Positions 20,682 to 30,748 of a stretch of 64,000 nt of DNA are shown one piece after another. The notes below the pieces were generated by a model. The model was given only the letters and a program-made list of their open reading frames with translations, made no database searches and was not told the DNA's origin. Location: positions 8,617-72,616 of the forward strand of contig JADZEH010000024.1 of NCBI GenBank assembly GCA_020850635.1, written 5' to 3'. The position numbers and the translations under genes were made by a program. Positions within the stretch are counted from its first letter, which is position 1. Every line of letters starts with the position of its first letter. The stretch comes from Candidatus Doudnabacteria bacterium (GTDB lineage Bacteria; Patescibacteriota; Doudnabacteria; UBA920).

Positions 20682-22106
20682 TTATATACTCTCTATAAAC
20701 TCGTAAGCCAACTTATTGAAACTTCCCACAGCCATAACAATAATTACATCATCGTTTATTGCCTCGTCTTTCAAAATTTCTAATGCCGCGTCTTTGTTCG
20801 CCACCAACCTGACGTCCTTGTGATGCTTACTGATCGCTTTAACTACGTCCTGCCCGCTGATTGTGGCATCTTTAACATTTTCACGAGCCGGATAAATTTC
20901 AGCGATTAAAACATGATCAGCGGCATCAAAACTTTTTACCAGCTCTGGTAACGTTGCCGATGTACGACTAAAGGTATGTGGTTCAAAGATTGCCCAAATT
21001 CGTTTCTCACTGTATCGAGAACGAGCCGCTTCCAAAGTTTCGCGAACCGCTGTTGGATGATGAGCGTAATCGTCAATAACGGTAATTCCGTTTCGTTTGC
21101 CGAGTAATTCAAAGCGACGCTTAACTCCTTTGTATTCACTCAACGGGGCACTAAGTAACTCATGCGAAAAGCCCAAAGCTCTCACGGTTGCAATACAAGC
21201 TAAAGCGTTGTAAACGTTAATTTTCCCTGGCAAAGAGATTGCGTAACTTTCCAGCTTTTCGTTAGCTTCGTTTTTCTTGTCTCGAACTTGAAAAGTAGTT
21301 TGTTCTGGGCCAAAGAAAATATCACTCGCGGTATACTCGCTCATTTCCTTTAAGCTGTAACCGAAACTAGCTACGTTTGTTTCGAAAGCCAATTTGGCTG
21401 CGTTCACATCATCAGCGTTGTATATAAGTAGGCCATCGGCTGGCATGGCGTGAATCAGTAATTTAAATTCTTCCAAGATTTCTTCAATGCTACCGAACAT
21501 ATCGGGATGATCGAATTCAATGTTGTTAAGAATCACGATGTCTGGTCGATAATATTGGAACTTTGGAGTAGGGTCATCAAAAGTAGCTTTGTATTCATCA
21601 CCTTCGAATACGAAATAATGACCATCACCTTTGTGGAAATTGGTTTCAGAACCTTGCAAAACAGCCCCAACCACAAACGAACTATCATCCAGTTCCCTTA
21701 AAACACTCCCCAATAAACCAGCTGTGGTAGATTTGCCATGAGTTCCTGCCACCACAATGCGTAATTTGTCTTTAGAGAGCTCATATAACAATTCAGAAAA
21801 CGACACATAAGGTAAGTCGTTATCAACAATGTATTTGACTTCAGGATTATTTAAATCTTCCCCAGCACTAAGCACATACAGATCAGCTGGATTATTAATA
21901 ATATTTTGAGCGTCGTAACCAGTAAAATAGTCGATGCTGTATTTATCTAAAACATCTTTTGCAGGCGCGTAGACAGTTTTAGCATCACTGCCAAGGACCG
22001 TATAACCTTCGTCGCGGGCTATTCCTGCCGTGGCAGACATCGCAATACCGCCAATCCCAACAAAATAGATATTATGGATTTCACTTAGATTCATGAGTTT
22101 GTTCAT
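20682..22106 (-). CDS. murC: UDP-N-acetylmuramate--L-alanine ligase family (MurC/Mpl)
   Basis: GIGGIAMS, VAGTHGKSTT, EGDEY, NIEFDHPD, GVKRRF, DDYAHHPT, FEPHTFSRT; some Mpl-like features, so the symbol is tentative. Confidence 0.82.
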   Translation of the reverse strand: MNKLMNLSEIHNIYFVGIGGIAMSATAGIARDEGYTVLGSDAKTVYAPAKDVLDKYSIDYFTGYDAQNIINNPADLYVLSAGEDLNNPEVKYIVDNDLPYVSFSELLYELSKDKLRIVVAGTHGKSTTAGLLGSVLRELDDSSFVVGAVLQGSETNFHKGDGHYFVFEGDEYKATFDDPTPKFQYYRPDIVILNNIEFDHPDMFGSIEEILEEFKLLIHAMPADGLLIYNADDVNAAKLAFETNVASFGYSLKEMSEYTASDIFFGPEQTTFQVRDKKNEANEKLESYAISLPGKINVYNALACIATVRALGFSHELLSAPLSEYKGVKRRFELLGKRNGITVIDDYAHHPTAVRETLEAARSRYSEKRIWAIFEPHTFSRTSATLPELVKSFDAADHVLIAEIYPARENVKDATISGQDVVKAISKHHKDVRLVANKDAALEILKDEAINDDVIIVMAVGSFNKLAYEFIESI

Positions 22107-23067
22107 AGTTAGTAATCAATTTTCTAATTTGTGGAATATTTTCTAAAGCTGCTTTGCGACCTTCTTCATAATTTTGCTGCATCTGTTCAACCGCATACGA
22201 CTGTCGTCCACGTTTCATCTCATGACGAATAAGCAAGTCTGAATCTTTGAAAACGTCGTACTTATCTTTTTTATTCTGTGCAGCAATAGCCAAATCTAAA
22301 GATTTTCCAAGGACACTAAATAACCCTTGTCGGTTAGAAAAATCGGACTCATTTAAATTAACATCAGCAAAAAAATCAAAGATATCCATTTGCTCAAATG
22401 ACTTAGCCATAGTACTCCACAACCGTTCGGCATAAGAAACTAGGAAAACTTTTTTCAAAGTTTTTAAAGCTCGGTGAATCCTGACTTGATATGGCAAAAA
22501 AATATGTTCCACCGCTCTAATGTTAACCCCAATAACAATATCCATACCAGCTTGCCTGACTACATCACACGGTACAATGCTCAACAAACCACCATCGACT
22601 AAAGTCCGATTCCCCCAAACAACTGGTTCAAAAACTCCAGGAACTGTGCAAGAAATACGAGCAGCGTGAGCAATATCACCCATCGATAACACGACTTGCT
22701 CACCCTTATCTATATCAACTGTAACAAAACCCATTAAAGGTCGAACTTCTTCAAATTTTTTATCTCCAGTAAATTTGCGTATTTGCTCTTCAACTTTATC
22801 AAGGTTATAAATTCCACCCTTCGTGCCATTGCGATTTAATAAACTAAATACCACGTCTTTATTTAGTTTAAATAAGTATTGTTTAAGCTCAGGAAGAGTA
22901 CCACACGCGTAACTCGCTGCTATAATAGTTCCACCCGAGCAAGCAGCAATATAATCAATGGGTATGTTGTGTTCATTTAGAACTTCTAAAAATCCAATAT
23001 GAAAACCGGAACGCGATGAAGCGCCACTTAAAGCCAGGCCAATTTTAGGAATTCGTTTCTCGTTCAT
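22081..23067 (-). CDS. Patatin-like phospholipase (divergent motifs)
   Basis: IGLALSG, nucleophile elbow ACSGG, ISCTVPGVFEP, LVDGG. Confidence 0.82.
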   Translation of the reverse strand: MNEKRIPKIGLALSGASSRSGFHIGFLEVLNEHNIPIDYIAACSGGTIIAASYACGTLPELKQYLFKLNKDVVFSLLNRNGTKGGIYNLDKVEEQIRKFTGDKKFEEVRPLMGFVTVDIDKGEQVVLSMGDIAHAARISCTVPGVFEPVVWGNRTLVDGGLLSIVPCDVVRQAGMDIVIGVNIRAVEHIFLPYQVRIHRALKTLKKVFLVSYAERLWSTMAKSFEQMDIFDFFADVNLNESDFSNRQGLFSVLGKSLDLAIAAQNKKDKYDVFKDSDLLIRHEMKRGRQSYAVEQMQQNYEEGRKAALENIPQIRKLITNYEQTHESK

Positions 23068-23069
23068 AT

Positions 23070-24167
23070 CTACTGTGCTAGTGAATAAATAACCTTGGCG
23101 ATTCTTTGCTCAGCACCAGCGGGCATTATCTCAGCTAAATTAGAAGTTATACTTTTTTGTAAATTTCCATCAAGCAGTAGATTGCGGACACCCTTCAGAA
23201 GCTCATCAACTTCCGTGCCATCTTGATCAAAAACTATTGCAGCTTTTTTACTCCACAACATGGCCGCGTTAGATTCTTGGTGGGTTTTAGGCATCGGTAT
23301 AATAATCGCTGGTTTATGAAGAACGCTTAATTCACTTATCGCCGAGAGACCGGCGCGAGAAATCACCACATCAGCAGCGGCATAAGCCATGTCCATGCGT
23401 TCAATATATTTATAAGGGTGATAGTTCGGCAAAGATTTCTCACTTGGTTTACCGGTAGTGTGAATAATTTGAGCGAAACTTAAAAGTTTAGGCAAAGCTT
23501 TTTCAACTAACTTATTAAGACCTTCCGCACCTGAACTTCCACCGGTAATTAGAACCACTGGTAATTCTGAATGAAGTTTAAAAAACTTTAAGGCAGCTGA
23601 TTTAGCTGGTAATTCTTTGGTATTAAAGCGCACAGGATTTCCCGCCCATAACACCTTATTATTAGCTTCTGAAAACAAACCACTCCCCTGAGAAAAATCA
23701 CGGATGGAATGCTCAAAGGTCACAGTGATTTTTGTGGCAATTGGCGCACAGAGTGAATTTGATAAAGTACGCTCCACATCTTGTTGATGAATTAATATTG
23801 GAATTCTTAATACCCAAGCCGCGTACATTAATGGGACTTGAACAAATCCCCCAGCTCCCACAACTACGTTAGGTTTATACGAAACAATAATGAATAGTGA
23901 TTGTAAAAACCCAAGAAGAATCGCGAAAGGAGACCATAACGTCTGCAAGGAAAAATATCGTCGCAACTTACCCGAAAAAATCGCTTTAAAGTCTATCCCT
24001 AAGCCATGAGCGGCTTTTTTTTCTGGTCCATGATATGTTCCAACCAATAGAAACTTCGTCTCTGGTTTTTCATTATAGATATGGTCTGCGATGGCTAAGA
24101 GCGGAGACACTGGTCCCATAGTTCCGCCACCAACTAAAATAATTTTAAAAATAGAATGTTTTGTCAT
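23070..24167 (-). CDS. murG: Undecaprenyl-PP-MurNAc-pentapeptide GlcNAc transferase
   Basis: GGGTMGPVSP, GKLRRY, GAGGFV, GNPVR, TGGSSGA, VISRAG, HQESNA. Confidence 0.93.
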   Translation of the reverse strand: MTKHSIFKIILVGGGTMGPVSPLLAIADHIYNEKPETKFLLVGTYHGPEKKAAHGLGIDFKAIFSGKLRRYFSLQTLWSPFAILLGFLQSLFIIVSYKPNVVVGAGGFVQVPLMYAAWVLRIPILIHQQDVERTLSNSLCAPIATKITVTFEHSIRDFSQGSGLFSEANNKVLWAGNPVRFNTKELPAKSAALKFFKLHSELPVVLITGGSSGAEGLNKLVEKALPKLLSFAQIIHTTGKPSEKSLPNYHPYKYIERMDMAYAAADVVISRAGLSAISELSVLHKPAIIIPMPKTHQESNAAMLWSKKAAIVFDQDGTEVDELLKGVRNLLLDGNLQKSITSNLAEIMPAGAEQRIAKVIYSLAQ

Positions 24168-24170
24168 GAT

Positions 24171-25352
24171 TTATTGGTCATCTTCTGGTTCAGGTTCGTA
24201 AGTTTCGGGTTGAGGCTCAACTGGTTTGAGCTCTTTAGCTGTTTGTCGATAAATTTCTAAAGTTTGCTTGGCTGCAATATCCCAGTCAAAATACTGGGAA
24301 CGGACTAAGCTTTTTTGTTGCATCTGTTGATGAAACTGAGTATCTTTCGCTAACAAGTAAAACTTTTCAGCCATATCTTCTAAATTATAAGGATCAAAAT
24401 ATAAAGCTGCGTTATCATAAACCTCATTAAACACTTCTATATTAGACACGGCCAGAGGTAAACCAAAACGCATCGCTTCTACACCTGGTAAGCCAAAACC
24501 TTCGTGCAATGAAGCATTGGCATAAGCATAGGCGCCTTGATAGAGAGCAGATAAATCTGTATCAGAAATATAGTCAGTGAAGACTAAACGGTTTTTATGA
24601 ATAACATCCATCGCCTGAAATTTGATCTCCGGGTAATGCGGGTCTGGTTTACCTGCAATGACCAAATCCATATCCAAATTATACTTTGATAAAAACTCAT
24701 CGAAACCATGAGTTAACTGAACCACATTCTTTTTTCGTTCTAAAGTCCCAACAAATAAAAAGTATGGTCGAGACAGTAAATATGAGCGCTTTACATCTGC
24801 AATTTGTTTGTCCGACACTGGCTCTAAAGTGGTGCCTTCATAAACAACATCAATCTTATCTAAAGACACTTTCAAGGTTTTGGCAATATCCTTTTTTGAC
24901 GCTTCTGAGACCGTGATAATTCTAATGGCTTTTTTGGCTGCAGTCTCAATAATTTTCTTGTATGCCATGAATTTCCAATAACGCCCAATTTTGTGGCCAC
25001 TAATTTTATGGTGAACCACGTCATGGATAGTTACAACATAAGGTCTGTTATACCAAATGGGGACATTAAAATTTGGAAAATGAACGATGTCTAACTTAGC
25101 TTTGTTTAACTGTCGTAAAAAGATCAACTGTTCCGAAAACGAATAATGCCTGGCGTTAGTTGAGACTAAAGTTACTTGAGAAAACTTTTGTAAAGCTATT
25201 AAATCTTCGTCAGCAATGGCGTCGGGTTTGTAAAACACAATAAACTCGTTATCTCGATCGCGTTTTAACATGGCAATAAGCAACGCAAAAGAGTACCGAC
25301 CAATGCCGGCATGCATGCTCCCACCCATTCTTAAATCAAATCCGATGCGCAT
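24171..25352 (-). CDS. Glycosyltransferase family 4
   Basis: GIGRY, VVTIHD, VGTLERKKN, SLHEGFGLPGVEAM. Confidence 0.92.
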   Translation of the reverse strand: MRIGFDLRMGGSMHAGIGRYSFALLIAMLKRDRDNEFIVFYKPDAIADEDLIALQKFSQVTLVSTNARHYSFSEQLIFLRQLNKAKLDIVHFPNFNVPIWYNRPYVVTIHDVVHHKISGHKIGRYWKFMAYKKIIETAAKKAIRIITVSEASKKDIAKTLKVSLDKIDVVYEGTTLEPVSDKQIADVKRSYLLSRPYFLFVGTLERKKNVVQLTHGFDEFLSKYNLDMDLVIAGKPDPHYPEIKFQAMDVIHKNRLVFTDYISDTDLSALYQGAYAYANASLHEGFGLPGVEAMRFGLPLAVSNIEVFNEVYDNAALYFDPYNLEDMAEKFYLLAKDTQFHQQMQQKSLVRSQYFDWDIAAKQTLEIYRQTAKELKPVEPQPETYEPEPEDDQ

Positions 25353-25361
25353 ATGAGTATT

Positions 25362-26486
25362 TTATCTCAGGCTATTAAATACCGCGAGAGTTTGTTCTGC
25401 GGTTCGCTCCCAGCTAAATCGTTCGGCTCTAGCACTTCCTTTGGCAATTAATTGTGATCGAACGCTTTCATTTGTAAGTACTTCAGACAGTGCGAACGCT
25501 AAATCATCAATATTATAGGGATTAACGAGTAAGGCAGCGTCCCCGACAATTTCGGGGATAGCTGAAACCTGACTTGTGACTACGGGGACGCCTAGACTCA
25601 TCGCTTCTAGTGGTACGAAGCCAAACCCTTCGTAAAAGCTTGGGTAGACAACTGCTCGAGCAAGTTTCATAATCGCAGGTTTGTCTGTTTCATCAACATA
25701 GCCCAAGTATTTTATTGAGCGCTTTTTTTTGCTCTTTCCGAGCGCTTCTAAAATTTCACCGTACTTCCAACCAAGCTTACCAACAATCACTAAATGGGCA
25801 TCAGAGTCTGTAGCTTCAAAAGCTTTGATTAAACCAATCAAGTTTTTTCGTGGCTCGAGAGTACTAACAAACAATAAATATTTTCCTGGTAAGCCATAAA
25901 CATTTCTAGCATCACGAAGTCTATCTGCAGGAATGTGCGAATCAAAAGTTGAACGGTCAATTCCAGGATTAATCACAGAAATTTTTGATTCCTCGATACC
26001 TGTTAGCTTTATGAGATCGTGCTTGGTGTGTTCTGAAACGGCTATGAGTTGATCCGCTCGTTCATAGATTTTCTTTACGTTTAGAAACTTGTGCCATAAA
26101 CGACCTTTCATACTGTAATATTGCGGGGTGATTATTGGTGAGAGATCGTGAACCGTAATAACTAATTTTTTTCCACTACTAATTCCAAAACGGTTGGCGT
26201 TTGGTAAAAATAATATATCGAAGTCACCGATAAGTTGTTCAAAGTGAGGACGACTAAAAACTTTAAGTGAGAGGTTTAAAACTCGATTTGGAATGCGGGT
26301 TTGAACAATCTTTGAATTAACATATTGTAAATGCTCAAAACTCTCTGGTAATAATGAATTTGAAAAAAACACATACTGATTATCTTGGTCGATTGCCAGC
26401 AGGTGCTCCAAAAGATTGAGGATATAATTTTCAACCCCGCTGACCACGCCTGTTTGTAAGCTTCTTAAATCAACAGCTATTTTCAT
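25362..26486 (-). CDS. Glycosyltransferase family 4
   Basis: SGVENY, VITVHDL, LEPRKN, PSFYEGFGFVPLEAM. Confidence 0.92.
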   Translation of the reverse strand: MKIAVDLRSLQTGVVSGVENYILNLLEHLLAIDQDNQYVFFSNSLLPESFEHLQYVNSKIVQTRIPNRVLNLSLKVFSRPHFEQLIGDFDILFLPNANRFGISSGKKLVITVHDLSPIITPQYYSMKGRLWHKFLNVKKIYERADQLIAVSEHTKHDLIKLTGIEESKISVINPGIDRSTFDSHIPADRLRDARNVYGLPGKYLLFVSTLEPRKNLIGLIKAFEATDSDAHLVIVGKLGWKYGEILEALGKSKKKRSIKYLGYVDETDKPAIMKLARAVVYPSFYEGFGFVPLEAMSLGVPVVTSQVSAIPEIVGDAALLVNPYNIDDLAFALSEVLTNESVRSQLIAKGSARAERFSWERTAEQTLAVFNSLR

Positions 26487-27583
26487 AACGTTTCGGTTAT
26501 AGGCTTCATAAATTCAGTGAGCTTTCGTTTAAACGACTCTTTACTGAACTTGTTAGCATGGTTTTGTAAAGCTTGCAGGTTATATTTTAAATGATCCCAA
26601 GCTTGGATATACGTTTTGATGCTGTCTTTCGTAACGTCAGAAAATAGTTCGCCGCTAACCCCAGGTTCTATTGTCTCCAACGAGCCGCCTCTGGCCAAGC
26701 CAAGAGTTGCTGTACCACAAGCCGCAGCCTCAAGTGGCATCATCCCGAAGTCTTCAAATTGAGGGTAAATGTACCCTTTGGCCCCACTATATTCATCTCT
26801 AAGGACTTCGTCACTTACTCGACCCAGAAAAGTTATATTTGGCTTAGCGATGGACCTTAAATACTCTTCTTGTCTACCAGTGCCAACCACATGAAGCGGC
26901 CAACCAAGTTCATTGAAGATCTCAACAATCTTTTCATTGTTTTTGTGAGCGTGAAGACGACCAGCAATCAAAAAGTAATCTTGTTTACTACGTGTGGGTT
27001 TCCAAAAATTCACATCAACAAATGGATGAATTACCACACTGTCGCGGTTATAATATTTCTTTATACGGCTTTGAACTTCTGCGGAGTTCGCAATGAAGTG
27101 CGTAACTTTTTGAGCATGAGCATAATCCCACTTTTGCATCCATGACAAATACTTCATCAAAAGAGGATAAAGAGGTTTTAAAATTTTTGGTAATTCCTGG
27201 GCGGCATATTCTTGCTCACCCCATAAAAATCTTGCCGGTGTGTGACAATAATTTACGTGAATAGAATTTTTATCAACGTTAAGATTACGGATAAAGCTTG
27301 AGCTGGATGACAATACCACCTTAGCTTGGGGTTTCATAAACTTTAACGCTAACGGAATAAATATCAACCAGTACTGTAAATTCTTTTTGATTAAATAAAG
27401 ATGCTGAATAAAACTTGTACGTAAGTCCCAATCGTCAAACAAGTTTCGATATTTCTCATCCGCAACTAAAGTGTAAACTGGGGCGTCTGGGTAGAGTTCA
27501 TGAATACAATCAAAAACCCGCTCAGAGCCGCCGAGCTGGGTAAAAGAATCGTGAGCAAGGGCAATATTAATTTCAGGTTTCAT
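26483..27583 (-). CDS. Glycosyltransferase family 4 (WbaZ-like)
   Basis: LAHD..TQLGGSERV, YCHTPARFLW, EDFGMMPLEAAACG. Confidence 0.9.
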   Translation of the reverse strand: MKPEINIALAHDSFTQLGGSERVFDCIHELYPDAPVYTLVADEKYRNLFDDWDLRTSFIQHLYLIKKNLQYWLIFIPLALKFMKPQAKVVLSSSSSFIRNLNVDKNSIHVNYCHTPARFLWGEQEYAAQELPKILKPLYPLLMKYLSWMQKWDYAHAQKVTHFIANSAEVQSRIKKYYNRDSVVIHPFVDVNFWKPTRSKQDYFLIAGRLHAHKNNEKIVEIFNELGWPLHVVGTGRQEEYLRSIAKPNITFLGRVSDEVLRDEYSGAKGYIYPQFEDFGMMPLEAAACGTATLGLARGGSLETIEPGVSGELFSDVTKDSIKTYIQAWDHLKYNLQALQNHANKFSKESFKRKLTEFMKPITETL

Positions 27584-27601
27584 TAATCTATATTTGATAA
27601 C

Positions 27602-29038
27602 TTAGAAGTCTTCTTTTGGCTTTTTCGCAAAAAACAACATCCAAAAACTGTTAGCTAAAACTTTAATGTCTAGCCATAAACTCCAATTTTCAATGTAAAA
27701 CATATTAAGACGCATTTCTTCTTCGAAAGGTAAGAGTGGGCGAGAAATAATTGCCAACTGTGATAGACCAAAAATTCCCGGCTTGATACTTAACACTCGT
27801 GGATAGATATGCTTGTAATTTTCAAGTTCAGGTAAAACGTGTGGTCTTGGACCAACCATACTGATATCACCTTTTAAAACGTTCACGAACTGAGGTAATT
27901 CATCTAACTTAGTCTTACGTAAAAACCGTCCAAAGCGGGTCACCCGTGGGTCATCTTTAAATTTAGAGACGGCACCGTCGCTCCCACCACGGGCATTGTT
28001 TTGGCGCATTTCCAACCATAATTTTTCAGCTTCTTCTCCGCCATAACCCTCACCTACGCTTAGATGAGCGTGCATACTACGAAATTTGTAAAACCAAAAA
28101 GCTTTGTTACGACTCCCTCTTTGCGCAGAGTAAATTACAGGACCACGACTATCAAGTTTGATTCCAATTGCGATTAATATAAACAGTGGACTGGTTATAA
28201 CAATACAAATAGTGCTAACAATAATATCGAAAATTCGTTTGACTACTTTCCCCCATCCATCTAATGGTGTGTTTTTTAAACTAATAATTGGGATACCTTT
28301 AACCGTACTTACCTCGACAACATTTCGTTGCACCTCAAAAAGATTTGGGACGAAACTAAATTGTAACCCGTGCTTACGAACAAACTCAACGATTTTAAAA
28401 TTAGCTGTGTCACTTAATGACGCATTGGTTTGCATAATTTCATCAAACCGATTTTCAGCATAAAGCTTCTCAAGCTCCGACATCGTATTGTTGTCATATG
28501 GTAACTCTGCAACCAAGCGATATCCCAGACTTTTGTTCTTATACACCGACTCAATTATCTTTGACTCTTGATTGTTACCATTGATAATAACCAACCGATG
28601 TAGTCCAAGTCCGCGTTTGAATAAAACTTTTTGAATATTTTTTAAAATCAGTCGTCCGAAAACAACCAAGATAATACTCAAAACCCAAGTAGCTAAAACA
28701 ATAAAGCGTGAGGGAAAGAGTTCGCGATTAAAGAAGAATAAAATTATAACCAAAAATAGACCAAGAGACACGCCCAAAACCACTCGCCAGAACTCCTGAC
28801 TAAATTTTCTCGTCCCCTTCAAATTATACAAACCAAGACTTCCAAAAATGAGCAACATAATTGGAATGACAAAAGTCAGAACTCCTAAAAATTCAGAAAG
28901 TTGCAAGTTGTAGATGACTGGGCCAACTAACTCTTCAAAACGAAGTCGACTGTAAAAAGAAAAAATCCCCGCCGCCACGAGCATCAAGGCATCTACTGGC
29001 ACAGAGACTATATTAAATACAAGTTCCGGTTTCTTCAT
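27602..29038 (-). CDS. Polyprenyl-phosphate glycosylphosphotransferase (WcaJ/WbaP-type sugar transferase)
   Basis: 4 N-terminal TMs, KRIFDI, KFRSM, DDPRVTRFGRFLRKTKLDELPQFVNVLKGDISMVGPRP. Confidence 0.95.
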   Translation of the reverse strand: MKKPELVFNIVSVPVDALMLVAAGIFSFYSRLRFEELVGPVIYNLQLSEFLGVLTFVIPIMLLIFGSLGLYNLKGTRKFSQEFWRVVLGVSLGLFLVIILFFFNRELFPSRFIVLATWVLSIILVVFGRLILKNIQKVLFKRGLGLHRLVIINGNNQESKIIESVYKNKSLGYRLVAELPYDNNTMSELEKLYAENRFDEIMQTNASLSDTANFKIVEFVRKHGLQFSFVPNLFEVQRNVVEVSTVKGIPIISLKNTPLDGWGKVVKRIFDIIVSTICIVITSPLFILIAIGIKLDSRGPVIYSAQRGSRNKAFWFYKFRSMHAHLSVGEGYGGEEAEKLWLEMRQNNARGGSDGAVSKFKDDPRVTRFGRFLRKTKLDELPQFVNVLKGDISMVGPRPHVLPELENYKHIYPRVLSIKPGIFGLSQLAIISRPLLPFEEEMRLNMFYIENWSLWLDIKVLANSFWMLFFAKKPKEDF

Positions 29039-29191
29039 AAGACTTTTACTGGTCTATAACTAATCATTTTCAGATAGAATTGCCCCGTTATTATAGCATT
29101 TTCTAAGACATTTCTCAAAACTGCCCCAAAATCCTAGGTTTAACATAGTTTAGGCAGTATGATAGTATATTAGTACGTTTATTCAGAAATT

Positions 29192-30235
29192 ATGACAGAA
29201 ACTCTACATTACAAAACAGCTGTTCTGTTCGGTGGCGCAGGATTTATCGGGACTCATTTGGCAGCAAGCTTGCTTAAAAGTTCTACTGTTGAAGAAGTCT
29301 TTTTAGCTGACCTCGTCTCTACTCCAACCAACCTCTGGCCAAAAGAGCTTCAAGAATTTAGTACTCAGGGAAAAGTCCATTTTGTGGAGTTGGATGTGAG
29401 GAAGCCAATACAACATTCTGATCTCCCACAAAACGTTGACTTAATCGTAAACTTAGCTGCCATTCATAAACAACCTGGACACAACGAACAGGAGTACTTT
29501 GAAACGAACTTGGCCGGTGCAGAAAATGTATGCGCCTGGGCCATTCAAGTTAAGTGTAACAAAATGATTTTTACAAGTAGTATTGCCACGTTTGGCAAAG
29601 CCACTGAACCTAAAACAGAAGACTCACTACCAACCCCAAACACTCCTTACGGTATTTCCAAACTTGTCGCTGAAAAAATTCACTTAACCTGGCAAGCTGG
29701 TAACTCCTCACGACGTTTATTAATCGTTCGTCCTGGAGTTATTTTTGGTCATAACGAAAATGGCAACGTTACCCGCATGATTAAAGCAGTTTTGGGACGA
29801 TATTTCTTTTATACCGGGAATAAAAAAGTTCGCAAAGCTGGAGGATACGTAAAAGAACTTTGTAATTCAATGATGTGGATGCTTAGACATCAAAATATAA
29901 AAGATCAACCAGTTCTTTTATATAATTTCAGCATGGACCCAGCACCAACAGTAGAAGATTATGTTCATGCTATAAACAAAACCGTAAATCGAAGCAACTT
30001 CACTCCTAACGTTCCCCATACCCTACTCCTCACCGCTTCTTACTTTATCGAAGCCCTTGCCCGTGTCTTGAAAATCAAACAACCGATTAGCCCAGTAAGA
30101 ATGAAAAAGCTCGTGCATCAAAATTTGATTGTGCCAACTGTACTCAAAGATTCAGGCTACACTTACCAGTACACTTTAGAGTCAGCGATGGCTGATTGGA
30201 AACAGGAATGGCCGGAAGACTGGTCAAAGAAGTAA
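29192..30235 (+). CDS. NAD-dependent epimerase/dehydratase (extended SDR)
   Basis: GGAGFIG, NLAA, YxxxK (YGISK), RPGVIFG. Confidence 0.92.
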   Translation: MTETLHYKTAVLFGGAGFIGTHLAASLLKSSTVEEVFLADLVSTPTNLWPKELQEFSTQGKVHFVELDVRKPIQHSDLPQNVDLIVNLAAIHKQPGHNEQEYFETNLAGAENVCAWAIQVKCNKMIFTSSIATFGKATEPKTEDSLPTPNTPYGISKLVAEKIHLTWQAGNSSRRLLIVRPGVIFGHNENGNVTRMIKAVLGRYFFYTGNKKVRKAGGYVKELCNSMMWMLRHQNIKDQPVLLYNFSMDPAPTVEDYVHAINKTVNRSNFTPNVPHTLLLTASYFIEALARVLKIKQPISPVRMKKLVHQNLIVPTVLKDSGYTYQYTLESAMADWKQEWPEDWSKK

Positions 30236-30256
30236 TTCAAGCTCAAATAGATAAAT

Positions 30257-30292
30257 AAAAAATCCTTTCGAAATTAATCGAAAGGATTTTTT
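30257..30292. terminator. Bidirectional terminator between the epimerase and rnpB
   Basis: AAAAAATCCTTTCGA-AATTAA-TCGAAAGGATTTTTT. Confidence 0.85.
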
Positions 30293-30296
30293 ATAC

Positions 30297-30620
30297 TTTT
30301 AGCAAACTCGTAAGCCGAATTCTGTTTCTAAATAATCATCTATCTTGTCCTGCTGTTACCACCAGGATCATGCTGCCTACCAAATTTGGCATTGCACTCA
30401 GGTAAGGATTTGGCCGTTTCACCCTCTACATTACTGCAAAGGTTCACCCCGAAGGGTGCTCTTGGCTTGCGCCGCCAGCGTCACTGTTCGCACCTCTAAA
30501 ATTACTTTCGACGGGAATTACCCGCTACCCTTGTTAATGACTCTATAGTGGCCATCAACTAAGTGTTCGGACTTTCCTCTCTTAGCCTTGCGGTAAGAGC
30601 GATTATTCGATTTGCTAAAA
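30297..30620 (-). ncRNA. rnpB: RNase P RNA
   Basis: Minus strand has CR-I GAGGAAAGTCCG, GGTGAAACGG, AGATAGATGATT and CR-V ACAGAATTCGGCTTA; P1 TTTTAGCAAA/TTTGCTAAAA. Confidence 0.96.
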
Positions 30621-30628
30621 GCCCCAAA

Positions 30629-30657
30629 ATAATATCATATTTGGGGGCTTTTGTCAA
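30629..30657 (-). promoter_or_regulatory. rnpB promoter
   Basis: TTGACA-17 nt-TATTAT with extended TG. Confidence 0.75.
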
Positions 30658-30748
30658 ACAAATCGCTACTGTTTAATTTCTGGAATACGAAAAACCCCTC
30701 CATGCGGAGGGGCTTTAAATTGATATTTGCTACTAAGCAAACTCATGA

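Noticed and set aside
30345-30548. 67-aa + strand ORF
   Set aside because: Antisense to the RNase P RNA
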